A stretch of DNA of 64,000 nt, taken from contig OZ260664.1 of assembly GCA_965285935.1 (NCBI GenBank), forward strand, positions 92,442,001 through 92,506,000, given 5' to 3'. This document shows positions 51,102-64,000 of this stretch, piece by piece. The position numbers and the translations under genes are program-made. This stretch comes from Ophelia neglecta (taxonomy: Eukaryota). The notes beneath the pieces are model-generated. The model was not told the DNA's origin, searched no databases, and worked only from the letters and a program-made list of their open reading frames with translations. Each line of letters opens with the position of its first letter. Position 1 is the first letter of the stretch.

Positions 51102-51470
51102 TTTCGGGGTCCAAGTGTGCTTACAAATCGGTACAAATGTTTACGAATCGGTGCACACATCGGAACCGGTCAAGTACTCAAAGGAAAATGGCATCGCAAG
51201 GCATTCGTATTTGGGAGTTTCAGGATTTCTTCGATCGACGCAGGATACCCCAAACTGTAAGTTAAAACCTTTGTCAGGGTTTAAACCCGGGACACTTAAA
51301 GAGTAATTGTAACAAAGTTACTTGTCCCGTAGGACCAGTAATAGGTATACGTTAAGGCCGAGATTTGATTAAAATGTTTTAATGTTTCTCGTGTGCCCCG
51401 GACTTCGATGAAAACCGGAATTTGGTCAAGGATTCGGGTTCTCTTCTGATGAACAAACAGCCCCTCCAAC
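51102..51470 (+). pseudogene. Gene fragment, copy B of the 37.4-kb segment: open first exon MASQGIRIWEFQDFFDRRRIPQT, next acceptor destroyed
   Basis: ATG at 51188 (in frame with ATG at 51137), open to the GTAAGT donor at 51257. The intron and following exon align with copy A, but the AG acceptor reads CG at 51399-51400. Confidence 0.55.
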
Positions 51471-53933
51471 TTTTGAAAAGGACGGAAAACGCATCAAATA
51501 CGTTAAATGATTACGAGCTCATGCTTTTTAAAACATTATTTATAAAAATGCAAATGAGTTTTTATGTATATATTCCAGACAAGCCGGGCTTCACTGTGAG
51601 TTATCCAGTGGCTATGGTGCCACTTGTAGCTTCGAAGACAAAACAAGAGGCAGAGTTCTAAAAATCTAGATGAATGTTTGTATATCAAGGCTTTCATTGC
51701 ACGAAAATATCCCCACATATATTAGTAATTTCATTGTTAATAAAAACTCAAAAACACGCGACAAATAAGCTGTTCACAACTTTGACAGCTAAAACAAGTA
51801 TGACATGTGACAACATTTTACTAATCCCAGGTATAGTAAGACAAAGCTCAGCAACTACTTTCAGGCAATACCTATTTTTTGTGGTTTTGTTGGACCCCCC
51901 CCCCCCCCAAAAAAAAAAAAAACAGACAAAAGACATACGCTATTCCGTGAATCAGCTGCATATATCTATATGAATTCACAGGTGTCCTGTGCCAAACCTA
52001 TCTCCTTTAGATGCCATAGTGTTCTTGGGTTGTCAAGAAACATCCATTTCTTATCTTTTTGAGAAAGCTTAATCCATCATTGGTTCTCCTAGGGATTACG
52101 CCTTGCTGTTTATAAGGATGTTTGGCTAGTTAAGACATCCAGTTAGTTTTATCATTAGACTCGTTCAAAAAAAAACTTATTAATCAACAATTGTCTATGA
52201 CATAGTCCGAATTCATCCGCAACATAAATGATGGCCTCTCCCTCATCTAGGTGCCATATGCAAATCTAGTTAACAACGACTATGCTACTCGGCCCATTGT
52301 TCTTGGATTATGTACTGGTTATTATTTCCGGTTTGTCTGAGAAGTACGTTAAATCAAAAATCCTCTTGAAGTGAATCTCTGAAGAATTCGCAATATGTTC
52401 CAGCATATCACTATCTCCTGGACTCGATAAACTTATAATGAAAAGCTTACATACATAACAACTACACGGGTCCGTCAATTCACATATGACAGTCACAGGC
52501 CATAAGAAGATCTGTATACATATTTTTCAGCTCAGATCTTAAAATTGAGAAAGCCAGCATCATCTGTGGTTTTATTTCATAAATTGCTTTGTCTCCAATT
52601 TTACTGAAAATGATAGATTTGGATGCGGCTGGCTGGTAACGCCTCTATTGTTAGGCATTTCTTTCATCTTTCCCTTCGTCTTTAAATAACCGTTTAGTCT
52701 TCAGCTATAATACGCTGCGATTATTCGGGCCACATAATCATCCGTATTTCCTTAGTCCACCAAAGCATTTGCTTATCCTATCAAGACGACGCAGTTAGCA
52801 AAGGACCAAATCACATTACGTTGATGGCTTTTTCAAAAATCGATCCGCCCCTTGACCGCCAAACCCACAGGTCTTTGTGACGGTTGTAGGGGCTTAGCCG
52901 ATCCATTCATACTCTGATTGCCCCTGATAGACATTATTGATCATGAATAATTGACACGTTTGACTGACAGCCGTTCACATGGGACTTACTTTAAACTACA
53001 TTTAGGAAAATTTCCTTTGATTTTATTATCGGATTATTTAAGTAGGCTACGATCAGGTCACAGCCAGGTCGTGTCCAATCATATAACGATTACAAAGTAT
53101 ATACCCTCAAGCAATCGACTGTGGCATGGTTTGGAGAGGACGCAAACTGCACCGGTTCCACTACCAAATATTGGATTATAAATACTAGATGACAATCTGC
53201 AGACACATGTACGTGGTTCACCACACATGGGTGGTTAATGCATGATCTAAACCAGACAGTAGATTTAGCGGAAACATGCAGCGGACTGTGTCAAAGAAGA
53301 GCTTTCTTGGTGCCTTTAGCACAGGGACATGTAGTTATGCCAGATATAAGAATAGTACAAAGACGGTTTAATTTCCACTCGAGCACTATTATTTGTCGCG
53401 GCATCCTTTATGTTACAGTCTATAACCTGACAGTAATCATTTTTAAAGCTATATACCATGCTGAAGAGAGCAAGACCTGTCAAAAAATCCCAGCAGAGCA
53501 TTTTGTAATAAACGAATCACATTCAAAGTTCTATCCCCACTTTTTTAATCATTGGGTAGTAGAGTCTATCTAATGTAGATCGTGTTAAAGTGGTGAAATA
53601 ATTTTTTTACCAATGGAATAGGTATCTACGTCATCAGTAGCCTTAGATAAAACTAGTTTTAAAGCTACAGAGGGCTTTTGGATCAAGAAAACACTTCATT
53701 TAAAATTTTAATTCAGTTGCCGTACCTGGAATACATTGATGCAACATTGAGTTTTCAAACTTTTATAGCTAAATCAAGCACCTAATACAAACTGGAGCCT
53801 GTTTTTTTTAAATTATTGTAGTGCAACATCTACCGCTACGTAAAATATGAGGTTCAACCGATCATCAATGCAGCACTGCGGATTTAGGTCACAGGCTTGG
53901 TTGAAACGTCTGATTTTATATATGAAAAGTTTG

Positions 53934-54159
53934 GGCTTTTGATTAAAAGCGGAGGCGCGGAGCCTTGCGGAGGTAAATCCAGAAATTAGAACAGAGCACT
54001 AGACCTATCAAACCTGTCCCTAACCCTTCCCCTAACCTTAAAATTAACCCTCCGTCCTAACCCTTTCCTTGCTGACGATTATTTGCTTCATGCCACTCAG
54101 AAATACTCATGACCTCCGCCTCCGCATAGCCTCCGCACCTCCGCGTTTAATCAATAGCC
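53934..54159. mobile_element. MITE (226 bp) with ~40-bp TIRs, 8-bp TSD and internal CCTAAC repeats; Merlin- or hAT-like
   Basis: Left end GGCTTTTGATTAAAAGCGGAGGCGCGGAG versus reverse complement of the right end GGCTATTGATTAAACGCGGAGGTGCGGAG. Flanks AAAGTTTG and AAAATTTG match at 7/8. Confidence 0.85.
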
Positions 54160-54349
54160 AAAATTTGAGACTTGCTCATTGACTATTGCCATCAACAGGC
54201 TTCGACTTTTCCAAAGCCCGAAGCTGGATATTTTCTGTCAACTCATGACTTTACTTCTACATTCTTACCATTATTTACATATTTACTCCTGCCTTGCGAG
54301 TGCGCTCGAGACAAGTATTGAGCAGTCATGTAGTATACTTAAGGACTCT

Positions 54350-54548
54350 TCTGACTTAAACCTGTCGAAGTGCACCTGTTTGCCGCTTATCCAATCCCGT
54401 TTAGTTTCATACGCTCGTTTTGCTAAGCAAATGTGTCTTGAAACATCCATAAATGCCACGGGCATAAATTGGGATTGGACTATTATTTGGGGACTTTAGT
54501 GGGAAGGTGACCTTTCAGCACAGGTGACCACAAGCACAGGTTTCACTG
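54350..54548. mobile_element. Decayed Tc1/mariner-pogo-like MITE
   Basis: Right end GGTGACC...CAGGTGACCACAAGCACAGGTTTCACTG (reverse complement starts CAGTGAAACCTG). Eroded left end AAACCTGT...CACCTGT. Confidence 0.45.
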
Positions 54549-56017
54549 CATTCCTAATTATAAGGGATTAGAAGTAGCGGTATACTGGAATAAACGTTAA
54601 GCATTAGCATATACTAGAAACAATTTTCTTTGTCTCATAGGAAAGTCTTCTTCTAAATAACAAATTGTCCTTAATTTTTGCTTCGTCTAGTGTTGGCAAT
54701 TTTATAATCTGTGGCGGTGCTCCGACCTATAAATTCGTTATTAAATCTTCAGCATTTGGACGACTTGCATAATAACCGAAACAAAATAGTTGTTTTAGTT
54801 GCTGGGGCGCCGTAAACGTTTTAGGAAGGACCGTTCAGCACCCGCTTTCTTGGTTACTCTGCAGTCAGAATCTAGTAATGGCTTAACCAAACGATATGTA
54901 CTAGATTGCTGTGGATGTTCTTGGAAAGAATGCCAGGTTGAAGGCAATTATACTTTCCCCCTTGCTTGGCGACGGTTTTGATAAAACGGATTAGCATTGT
55001 TGATAGCACATAGCGCTTTCTCGTTGATTAATTTGCATACCAGTCAAGGTTTCAAATGGCCTTAATTATTCAAATCACTCAATTTGTATGCGTTTACTTG
55101 AAACGAATCTGTTATCTAGTATGGAAAAATGCAAAAAAGTCGGTAACCTAGTTTGTTGCCATTGTGAGTTATTTGTCTGTGTTTCAACGTCTAATGCGTA
55201 ATGCAAAAAAAAAATGTATACAACATATTTGCTCAACATTACTCATCATAATGTAATTTAAAAAAATAAAAATTGGCCATAGGTTTCCCTTGTTACAACT
55301 GCTCTCATTGCCCCCCCCCCCCCCCCCCCCCCGCCCACCATAATTACTGTACAAATTCATGCCGTTTTTGTGGCCAGTGCATCCTGAAATAAAATTTCCA
55401 CGACGTATGTTTTGGTCAATGAATTTATTGTGCAAAATTTACGGCGTTCATTTTTGATAGCTAATAAGGAAGCACAAATTGTCCTTATATTCCACTTTGC
55501 CTTAATGTCTCCCACAACACTTTGTTTTGAATGGAAATAAATGAAGGGTTATTCAGTGTTTTCTGACCCAGTTAAAAAGATTCATGTTTTGTATTTGGGG
55601 CACCGATAAGCAGAACCACCACTTAACTTAAATATTTACAAAGCTTCCACCGAAAAAGGTTTTCCATCGACCACAATGCGCTTATAAAGATAATTTATCA
55701 TTCAAACTCGTAAGCATTGACTTAAGGGAATATAACTGCTATTTACGCTGTGTGAGCTCCGAATGTTACTCCTGGGTTTAAAGACTCATAAAATCTAGGC
55801 GATTTACAAGACAAAACTGAATTCTGTTTGCCTAGTGTTTGTTGGATTTGATGAAGCGATACGTTGTGTTTTGGAGAAAAAAAGAATAGTGTAAAATGGG
55901 GAGTGCAAGCTGAAGGGACATGATGCAGATACCTGAACTAGTTCAGATAACAAAGCATAGTATCAAGATTCAAGATGAAAAAGACTTAATTTTCAGTTGA
56001 AATATCCTAACTTATAG

Positions 56018-56096
56018 CAATGGCGGCTTCAATTCTCAAGTTTGTTTTATAATTAAACGTATAAGGCACCCAACCCCCTCCCCCGATCCGCCACTA
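56018..56096. mobile_element. Mini-MITE relic (CAGTGGCGGATC-type termini)
   Basis: Left end CAATGGCGGCTTC, right end CCCC-GATCCGCCACTA. No TSD seen. Confidence 0.3.
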
Positions 56097-57785
56097 GAAT
56101 GGCTGTTTGGGGTATTTCTACATGACGTGGGTTGGCAATGTACTGATTAGTACACATCTCGCCGGCTGATACATTTACATAAGCAGATGACAAAGTGAAT
56201 GGTAAAGAAATATTTTAAGTAATCTAAGAAATAAAGGAACAATTTCCAGTTGTTAGTTTCTTTCTTATAAATTTTGGTATACCGAAAGCAAAGTTAACAC
56301 TGAAGGGACAAATTATACAACATATATTTTGCTATGATTAAGCCTTTTTGTTGGCAATGTGCAATGTGCTTTAAATTTATGTAAATATCTTTCTTCAAGA
56401 TAGAGAACCAAAAACGTTAATGAGTGAATCAGACCCTGTTTATCAGTATCGAATATATTTCTTATAGTTTCTTGGAGTGAGAAGTGAACTCACAGTTTAT
56501 GAAGCATTGTACAATTTACTTTCACCTTAACCTAACGCCAAAACACTCAATTTAATTAGGAAATCTCAAATTTCAGTCAGGCTTTTGCCCGCCTACTAAT
56601 ATCGTATAATGTTTGTACATCCTTCGAAAATAATACCGGTTCAGTAATACAATTTTATCCTCTCAAAATATAATCGAACATACCTCAGTCATATTCACCT
56701 CAGTTAAATATACTAATAAGAAAAAAACATCCCCATCTAATTAGGATAATTGATCCACAGTCCACACTGGGCAAATTTGTAAAAAAAAAAATGACTTGAT
56801 CATTGTGCAGTAAAAGCGCAAGACCGATGACCTTATATGACGAAGCAAAGCCACAACTATCAGCACAATTTTTTGTGCCTAGAAAAATTTGCCTTCCCCG
56901 ATAACAAAAGCTTATAATTTTAAGCAGACTATTAGAGTCTGAATGCTGCCAAACAAATCTTTAGAAAAGCCTATTATGTTCAAATGCCTTCTTTACCGAC
57001 TTCTTTGGATACTTCGATGTTAAGCTGCTTCCGAGTCCGTATGCGGACACAGTCACAACATTATTAGTGTCATCATTGATGAATGGGTTGAACATTTGTG
57101 AGTCTTCTTAAAACAGCAATAATATATTTCCACGCCCGTTCGTGAACTACAAGAAAGCACAGATAGTGATGAAGATTAAATTATTTAACACTATATTTAA
57201 TCCACTTAATATTCAATATTCCGAAGTAGCCTGCCAGAAATAAAGAAAGATATAAACACAACTAATAAACTCATTTGCAAAGATAGTCAGAGGTAATGGG
57301 ATTAATTTCCGATTCGCAGATGCACATTTATGACTTCAAGATTCTTTTCATAGATGTGTTTCTTTCCAAGGTTTCCATGTACTTATTATAGTGAAGTTTA
57401 TATTTTCTTATGCATTGGTTTCAAATGATTGGTTAACATCTGGCCGAGTTCCACTAGACGGATTCAACTGTGGTAGTTTGGGTTGTCAAGCTTATATTTT
57501 TTGTTAGTTGGTTTGAATTTTTCTATTATAACGGTTCGTGCAACATTTTTGGCATTAATAAATTGTTCCTGGTGTGAATAAAATGGTGGGTTTTCTTTCA
57601 TTAGGACAGGTAAAAGGCAAGGATAATGACAAAAAGAAAATGTCTGTTGCCGACACTAATGGGAATCCCTGTAGCCTTTGTCAAAGTCACGACTCTCTCT
57701 TTAGCTTCAAGAGCAAGAACACCTGCCTCGTCAAAAATATCACGACAGCATGTAAAATTGTAAGAAAAGTGGTATTAAAAATATA

Positions 57786-59112
57786 GCCTTGACTTTTGCC
57801 GCAAACGCCTTTGAAGGTGGCTAAGACATGGCTTTCGTGTACAGTCCCTTTGTTAAATTGTTGGAGTACATGGTCTCATTTTAATTTCATGTATTCCTTT
57901 ATATTTCAATGGAATGCCAGTTAATAGGCACCTTTGAAATTAGTTAACAATCACTCATGTTGAAGCTTTCAAAGTAGTGCTAGTTAGCATGTATTAGGAA
58001 GCTGTTTATTGTTTAAATCCTGTTATGATACATTCCTTCGTCTGTGGAAACGTTTAAACAACTCCTGTAAGGATGAACGCAAGTCAGTTGAACCCAATCG
58101 GTAATCTGGCATGCTCCTCGCGCCTTTGTTCTGAAGTGTAGGGCCCTAACTGCCTACTTGTCCTTTAAATCCCAAATGATGGACAATTGGGCACACATCA
58201 CAGCCGTGACACTCATTGCACTCATCCACAACACCTGTGATAAAGGGATTGTGCAAGCTGATGACTGTGATAAGGGCACAAAGGAAGGTTTGTAGGTCTC
58301 CCCACGCCTGGCTATTGTGTGAATAATTAACAAGGAGATTCGCAATTAACTGGGGTACTCGTGATATATAACAAAAGAACAGAACCCCGTCGAAACCAGT
58401 GTCGAAGGCTTGGCACCACATTGAGAGGGTAGGGTGTATTATGAGTGCCTTGACTTTTGCCGCAAACGCCTTTGAAGGTGGCTAAGACATGGCTTTTGTG
58501 TACAGTCCCTTTGTTAAATTGTAAGAGTACATGGTCTCATTTTAATTTCATGTATTCCTTTATATTTCAATGGAATGCCAGTTAATAGGCACCTTTGAAA
58601 TTAGTTAACAATCACTCATGTTGAAGCTTTCAAAGTAGTGCTAGTTAGCATGTATTAGGAAGCTGTTTATTGTTTAAATCCTGTTATGATACATTCCTTC
58701 GTCTGTGGAAACGTTTAAACAACTCCTGTAAGGATGAACGCAAGTCAGTTGAACCCAATCGGTAATCTGGCATGCTCCTCTCGCATTTGTTCTGAAGTGT
58801 AGGTCCCTGACTGCCTACTTGTCCTTTAAATCCCAAATGATGGACAATTGGGCACACATCACAGCCGTGACACTCATTGCACTCATCCACAACACCTGTG
58901 ATAAAGGGATTGTGCAAGCTGATGACTGTGATAAGGGCACAAAGGAAGGTTTGTAGGTCTCCCCACGCCTGGCTATTGTGTGAATAATTAACAAGGAGAT
59001 TCGCAATTAACTGGGGTACTCGTGATATATAACAAAAGAACAGAACCCCGTCGAAACCAGTGCCGAAGGCTTGGCACCATATTGAGAGGGTAGGGTGTAT
59101 TATGAGTGCCTT
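57786..59112. repeat. Head-to-tail 661-bp tandem duplication, about 98.5% identical
   Basis: Units start at 57786 and 58447, with about 9 substitutions counted by eye. GCCTT occurs at 57786, 58447 and 59108. The duplication explains the duplicated 63-aa ORFs in the track. Confidence 0.97.
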
Positions 59113-62100
59113 TGGTACTACACGCTTACTGTGAATAATGACAGTATTCATGAACAGCAGACAACATAAAAATATTGCTAACTCTTCTGGGAAATTTACG
59201 CCTATATTATTATATCAGTGCATTGAATGGACAGCTGACACTTTAAACGACATTTTATAAGGGCACATTTATACTTTAAATATAGGTGTTTATTTATCCA
59301 GCAATTCAACAAAAGAATTTAATTTTTTGCAGACATTTTATAGGTTTTCTGAAAGATAATAATCCAAACCCATTGTTCAAATATAGATTCCGGATATGGT
59401 CGTACGCACCATGACGAGTATAAGCGTCGAATTCCTTTAGCCGAGCCAAACATTCATAAGTCAACATTTAAGAAGGCATTTTGGAGTGCTTTTGGAAGTG
59501 ATGCCCAGTTCACAAGCATACTTTGTTGGCTAGGGATTTTTATCCACTGCAAAAAAACGGAAGTGGATACCCGGCATGAAACAATCTAAACATTAGTCCA
59601 GGTAGTCCATTAAGTGGTCTTCAGAAGGCACATCAGTATCACAACATAGACTAGCTTAGTACAGAGCCGAATAAATCTCACGATAAGATGTTTTCCTTAA
59701 ACAGTATACAATGTTTAAAATTAACCGCTAAAATACACATATATATAAGGACAGAAGTATATGATTAACTGCCTTTTATAATTGGACGAAACAAGCGCTG
59801 AAACATCAAGCCAATAGTTTACTTATTGCCTTATTGAATGAAGTAGGACAAGGACCATGTATGAGCCTTACATTTTAAGGTTGCAATTTATGTTTGAGAA
59901 GATATAGATGGTCTCAATATAAGAGATAAACAGTACTATTGGAAGAAATGGTCCTGTCATATTGTGGCATGACATTAATAACAACTTAAAAATAGCCAAG
60001 CACTGCCTAGTTTTACAAAACCTGGATGGCAGATGTGCCGTCAAGCCTATTATGAAGCGGTTGGCAGAGCTAAAGACTAGAAAAAGAGCTTGCTCACAAC
60101 TACACAAACTAGCAGCCAGTTTGTTTGTAGACCGTGTTATTATAGGTAAGACTACGTATGGTATATTTCATGCCAATTTGGTTATGCAGTTTGACTAAAA
60201 CATTTTAAAAGCATTAGAAACTTGTAAACCTACGACATTTTTAATTGGTAATATTTTTTCTAAACACGCCTGATGTATCACAAACAAGTAAAGATAACTC
60301 ATGATAGAGGCAATTATTGAGGTAAATATGCCATTGACGTGGCTTTCATTGGGTATAAATGAGCCTCCCGATCTCACCTTGCCTCAGTTAGTTGCGAAGA
60401 GTTTGCAACGCTTATTCACAAAGTATTGATTATTACACCAACATTCTTACGAAAGTAGTGTCGTAGCTGATAGCCATTGCATTCCTTTTGTTCAAGACAA
60501 CCATATATGATTAAGACAATCATAATGTATGCTCTGCACATCTGCCTCTGGTTTGCCGCCTCTGTAATTGCAAGAAACTGCAAGAGATAGTGTACTAATT
60601 AACAGCTAAGGTCAATGCAATAAATACGCATTTCACTGCATTAAATCTGTGATTTGGTGAGAGCTTTAGACTGCCTTAAAAACCCCATTCACAGTAGTCT
60701 GACTGAACATAACAGCATGTATAGGTCATTCAAATATATCCACTGGGACAGGCTGTCACTCAAGCCGCGTCAAGATAGACAAGAGCATTAATCTATAATG
60801 ATTTATTGTCATACGAGTAGGTCTGCTGACCCCATTCAGCGGTCACGACGACTTGTCTAGTAGGAGATCAACAGCGTTGATTGCTTTCGCAGACGGTCCT
60901 CTGTGTCATCTTATTTGGACCATTGCCGATAAGTGTGTTATTTCACACGGCATGAAGGTAGCGTGTGCCATATGTACTGGGGGAATACGTCCATTTTGGG
61001 GTATTGGCAATGAAAAAAAGCTTGTTATATATTCTAAGATGGGACACTGTTAACTTCAATAAACTCGGATAAATATAGTTACTATTATCATTTTTTTGTT
61101 TTTATCATAGCACAATTACACTGACAGGTTCCTTATATCAATTAAATAATTGTATTTGTTGATAATGATACACTCTATAAAGCTCTTATCGGATTAAATG
61201 CACACAGTGCCTTGTTTTTAGTGAACTATATTCTACAAACAAGTTCTGTGTTCCACCATTCCAAAAAATGCAGCCACACAATATAGCTTCCCATTGGGAT
61301 TGGCACATGTTTGTAATTAAATAGATCTGTGTCCTGCTTACGTTTATCGCAAAAGCGTAGGTGCGAGTATGATTAAGCCGTTAGTTTAGTAGCACCTGAT
61401 ATATCAGGCTCACCCATCGGCCCTCTACCTAGATAGTTTAAAACACCTTAGGTCTATAAGCTAGCATAACGTTATCATGCTACCTGAAGGACTCCGTATG
61501 TTAACAACTGCCACTCGACGCGTTAGCTGGCTCCACATTGCTAATCTGGATATATGTTGTTAATCACATTATTTGCTGCAGTTTTGGCGTTCCGGTTCTC
61601 GCCTACCCTAACTTTCCAATGGTCACTCTATCATGTTTGCCAGTCAATGCACACTGGTATCTCTGGTATGGACTAAGTAGCTTTGGTGTTTCTGTTAACC
61701 TGTCAGGTCATGAATAGGCTTAGCAAACTACACCAACAAATAGCAACACGTTATTTACATATTGTCCCTACGAGACATCGTTCTTTATGCATATTTGACT
61801 AGTAGGAAAATGAATTACTCATTATTATTAACTGACCTACCATAACTAAATATATGTCTTCGCCAATCAGGTCGTGCCCTCTAGGTAGCCAAATTCTTGT
61901 TTGTTTACCACTGGTTGTCACTATAAATGAGAGCATGCAGCATTAAATTGGACATGGTGAACAGCCTTCTTGAAAGGTCAATATATATTATGCATACAAA
62001 TTGCGAGGTGATTGAAATTTTGCGTCGCATCACTATAGCACGTATCCGTCATATGGTTCAACGTTCCTCGCAGTGCAGCAAGCTGTATACAGTTTGTAAC

Positions 62101-62677
62101 ATGTGGAATGTGTTTAGTCTAGGTAATAGGATAACAGCTATGCTTTACCCTGCCAATATTAGTTTATACCGAAACATTGGAATATTAAAAAGCCTATTTA
62201 CACCTATGCATTACATTTAATTGGTCCATCTATGATAGATAGTCTTTAAACAAATGCAAACTCCTTAATAGCATAGCCTGAACCTTAATATTCTGACTTA
62301 TTCCTCGCATGAATAAATAAACTCCAATCAGTATTTCGTATCTTGGTGTGAACAGCTATGCTTTCAATCTTCCTGTGTAGGTTTATTGAACAAGCGCCAA
62401 TGAGATGAACAGACCGCTAGAAACAATTTACTCCAAATGGGAAATCTCTATAAGCTAATCAACACAAAATGACCACGGAGAAATAACGGGGGCTATTACA
62501 TTGATAAGATAAAATGCCGACCACATAGTCCTGATTGGCTTCATAAGTACTGGATATGAAGTAAATGCAGCTTTTTCGAGAAACAAAAAACTTCATCCCA
62601 CAATGGGGCGCGGGGGGGGGGGTAGGGGGGAGGGCGGAGAAGTTCGTTGGTAGGACGTCGACTTTCCTGGCGCTATA

Positions 62678-62770
62678 TTTTTTTATTTTTTTATTTATTG
62701 AATTTCTTTACCCTGGGTAGCCCTATCAGTTAACAACTGTTATTCTTAGGGGCCCAGCTTACAATGTGCA
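62678..62770 (-). mobile_element. 3' end of a non-LTR element (L2/Crack-like or SINE): stem-loop plus A-rich tail
   Basis: The minus strand reads CTGGGCCCCT..CAGTT-GTT-AACTG..AGGGCTACCCAG GGTAAAG..AATAAATAAAAAAATAAAAAAA. Confidence 0.5.
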
Positions 62771-64000
62771 CGTGAACGTATTATTAACAGTATGTATATG
62801 TTCAGTATTTACAATATTTACAGTATATAAAAGTTAGTACTGTGTTTTCTTTCCGAACAATTTTAATTTGAATAATTCAACCAGCAATTGATGATTGACG
62901 GTCTGCAGTTGACGGTTTCTGATGAATTATAACTGATTTAATAGTTATTTTCTGTTCCACGGTTAAGTTGGTCTGACATTAAGAGTAATGGCAATCCCCT
63001 CCTTAGAATCGCCAGAATTTACTGGATCCTAACCCCACCGCGGGAGATATACGGTCTTGAAACAATAGGTGTATCAACTTCAGTATAGTAAGGATTCGGT
63101 CAGGCAATCCTGATTATATTGTCTTTCCATCACAACACTGGTTTATTTCGTCCTCGCGTTCTTCTTATTACGCTAGGGTTTTATAGTCGAGGGGACATAA
63201 CAGCCACTGCCTTTCGTGTTCTCCAGTCATACACTTACGTTTTTAAGCTCACTCGCTGTTGTTTGACACCTATGTGTTGAAATTATATGGAAAACTTTGT
63301 GCAACGTGAGTAAGAAAGAATTTTTAGTTTTAGGAACGAATATGTGTCTGCACTGGGCAAAATGCATTCGCCGCCATTGTGCCGTTCATGACATTATATA
63401 TTGTTCTTGCTTTATAATCAGTAACAGTTGTAAAAGGAGGAAGATCTACTACCTCCCTATCTTTAAGAGAAGAAACTGCATCCCTCAAAGATTTAACTGA
63501 TTTGGTGCTATTTCAATAAATTAAGGTAAGCGTGCAATCGCGTGTTCGTGAAACATTTCGATTTTGAAGCCTCACTGAGCTAGGATAATACCATAGTCGG
63601 AAAGTTTACACTTAAGGAATGGTTGCTCGCAAAAAAGGTAGGCAGACATTTAAATATTGAATTCTTATCAGTGTGCCAACTGTCGTTGTTAAAGGTGATT
63701 TTGCGGGCTATTCGCGTGTCTGGGCAACATATACCTGTGCATTGATATGCGGGTGGTAAATCTTAAGAACTAGGGTAAAACATTGTGTTTTTCATTCCTG
63801 CAGATTTACCCCCTTGGTCCCCTGAAAATCAATGGCGTGTTACTTTGGGAGTGACAATATATATAATGTTTAATATTCTTATCAATGCGCAGTTTATCAT
63901 TTAAGTGCTAGTTTCACCGCACATCTTTTAAGGACTTTGCCTTTCATAAATTATCACAAATATAAATGTAACCATTGATATCTCAGTTTTCGAATGTTCT

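Noticed and set aside
58146-59151. Repeated 63/91/155-aa minus-strand ORFs with a Cys-rich stretch (CNECHGCDVC)
   Set aside because: The repetition comes from the 661-bp duplication. One copy has a stop where the other reads through, and no domain is recognisable.
59900-60025. GPVILWHDINNNLKIAK, resembling an L2/Crack ORF2 end
   Set aside because: Too short and degenerate, and no 3' tail was found.

Overview
AT-rich eukaryotic (animal-like, probably invertebrate; inference) genomic DNA. No intact host protein-coding gene could be recognised. The dominant feature is an apparently full-length L1/Tx1-group non-LTR retrotransposon on the minus strand (2565-8208). It has a perfect 17-bp target-site duplication, an intact 1271-aa ORF2 (APE endonuclease, reverse transcriptase, CCHC knuckle), a poly(A)+(TAA)n tail, and an 11-nt 5'UTR whose YY1-type motif overlaps the ORF1 ATG. 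ORF1 is split by a -1 frameshift just before an RRM-like C-terminal domain. The rest is repeat-littered intergenic or intronic DNA: decayed LINE fragments, MITEs (one with an 8-bp TSD and telomere-like internal repeats), degenerate minisatellites and local tandem duplications of 30-661 bp. Two diverged, differently damaged copies of the same exon-intron-exon segment of an unidentified gene lie at about 37.4 kb and 51.1 kb. Almost all short ORFs in the track look spurious. No rRNA, tRNA or CRISPR array was seen.
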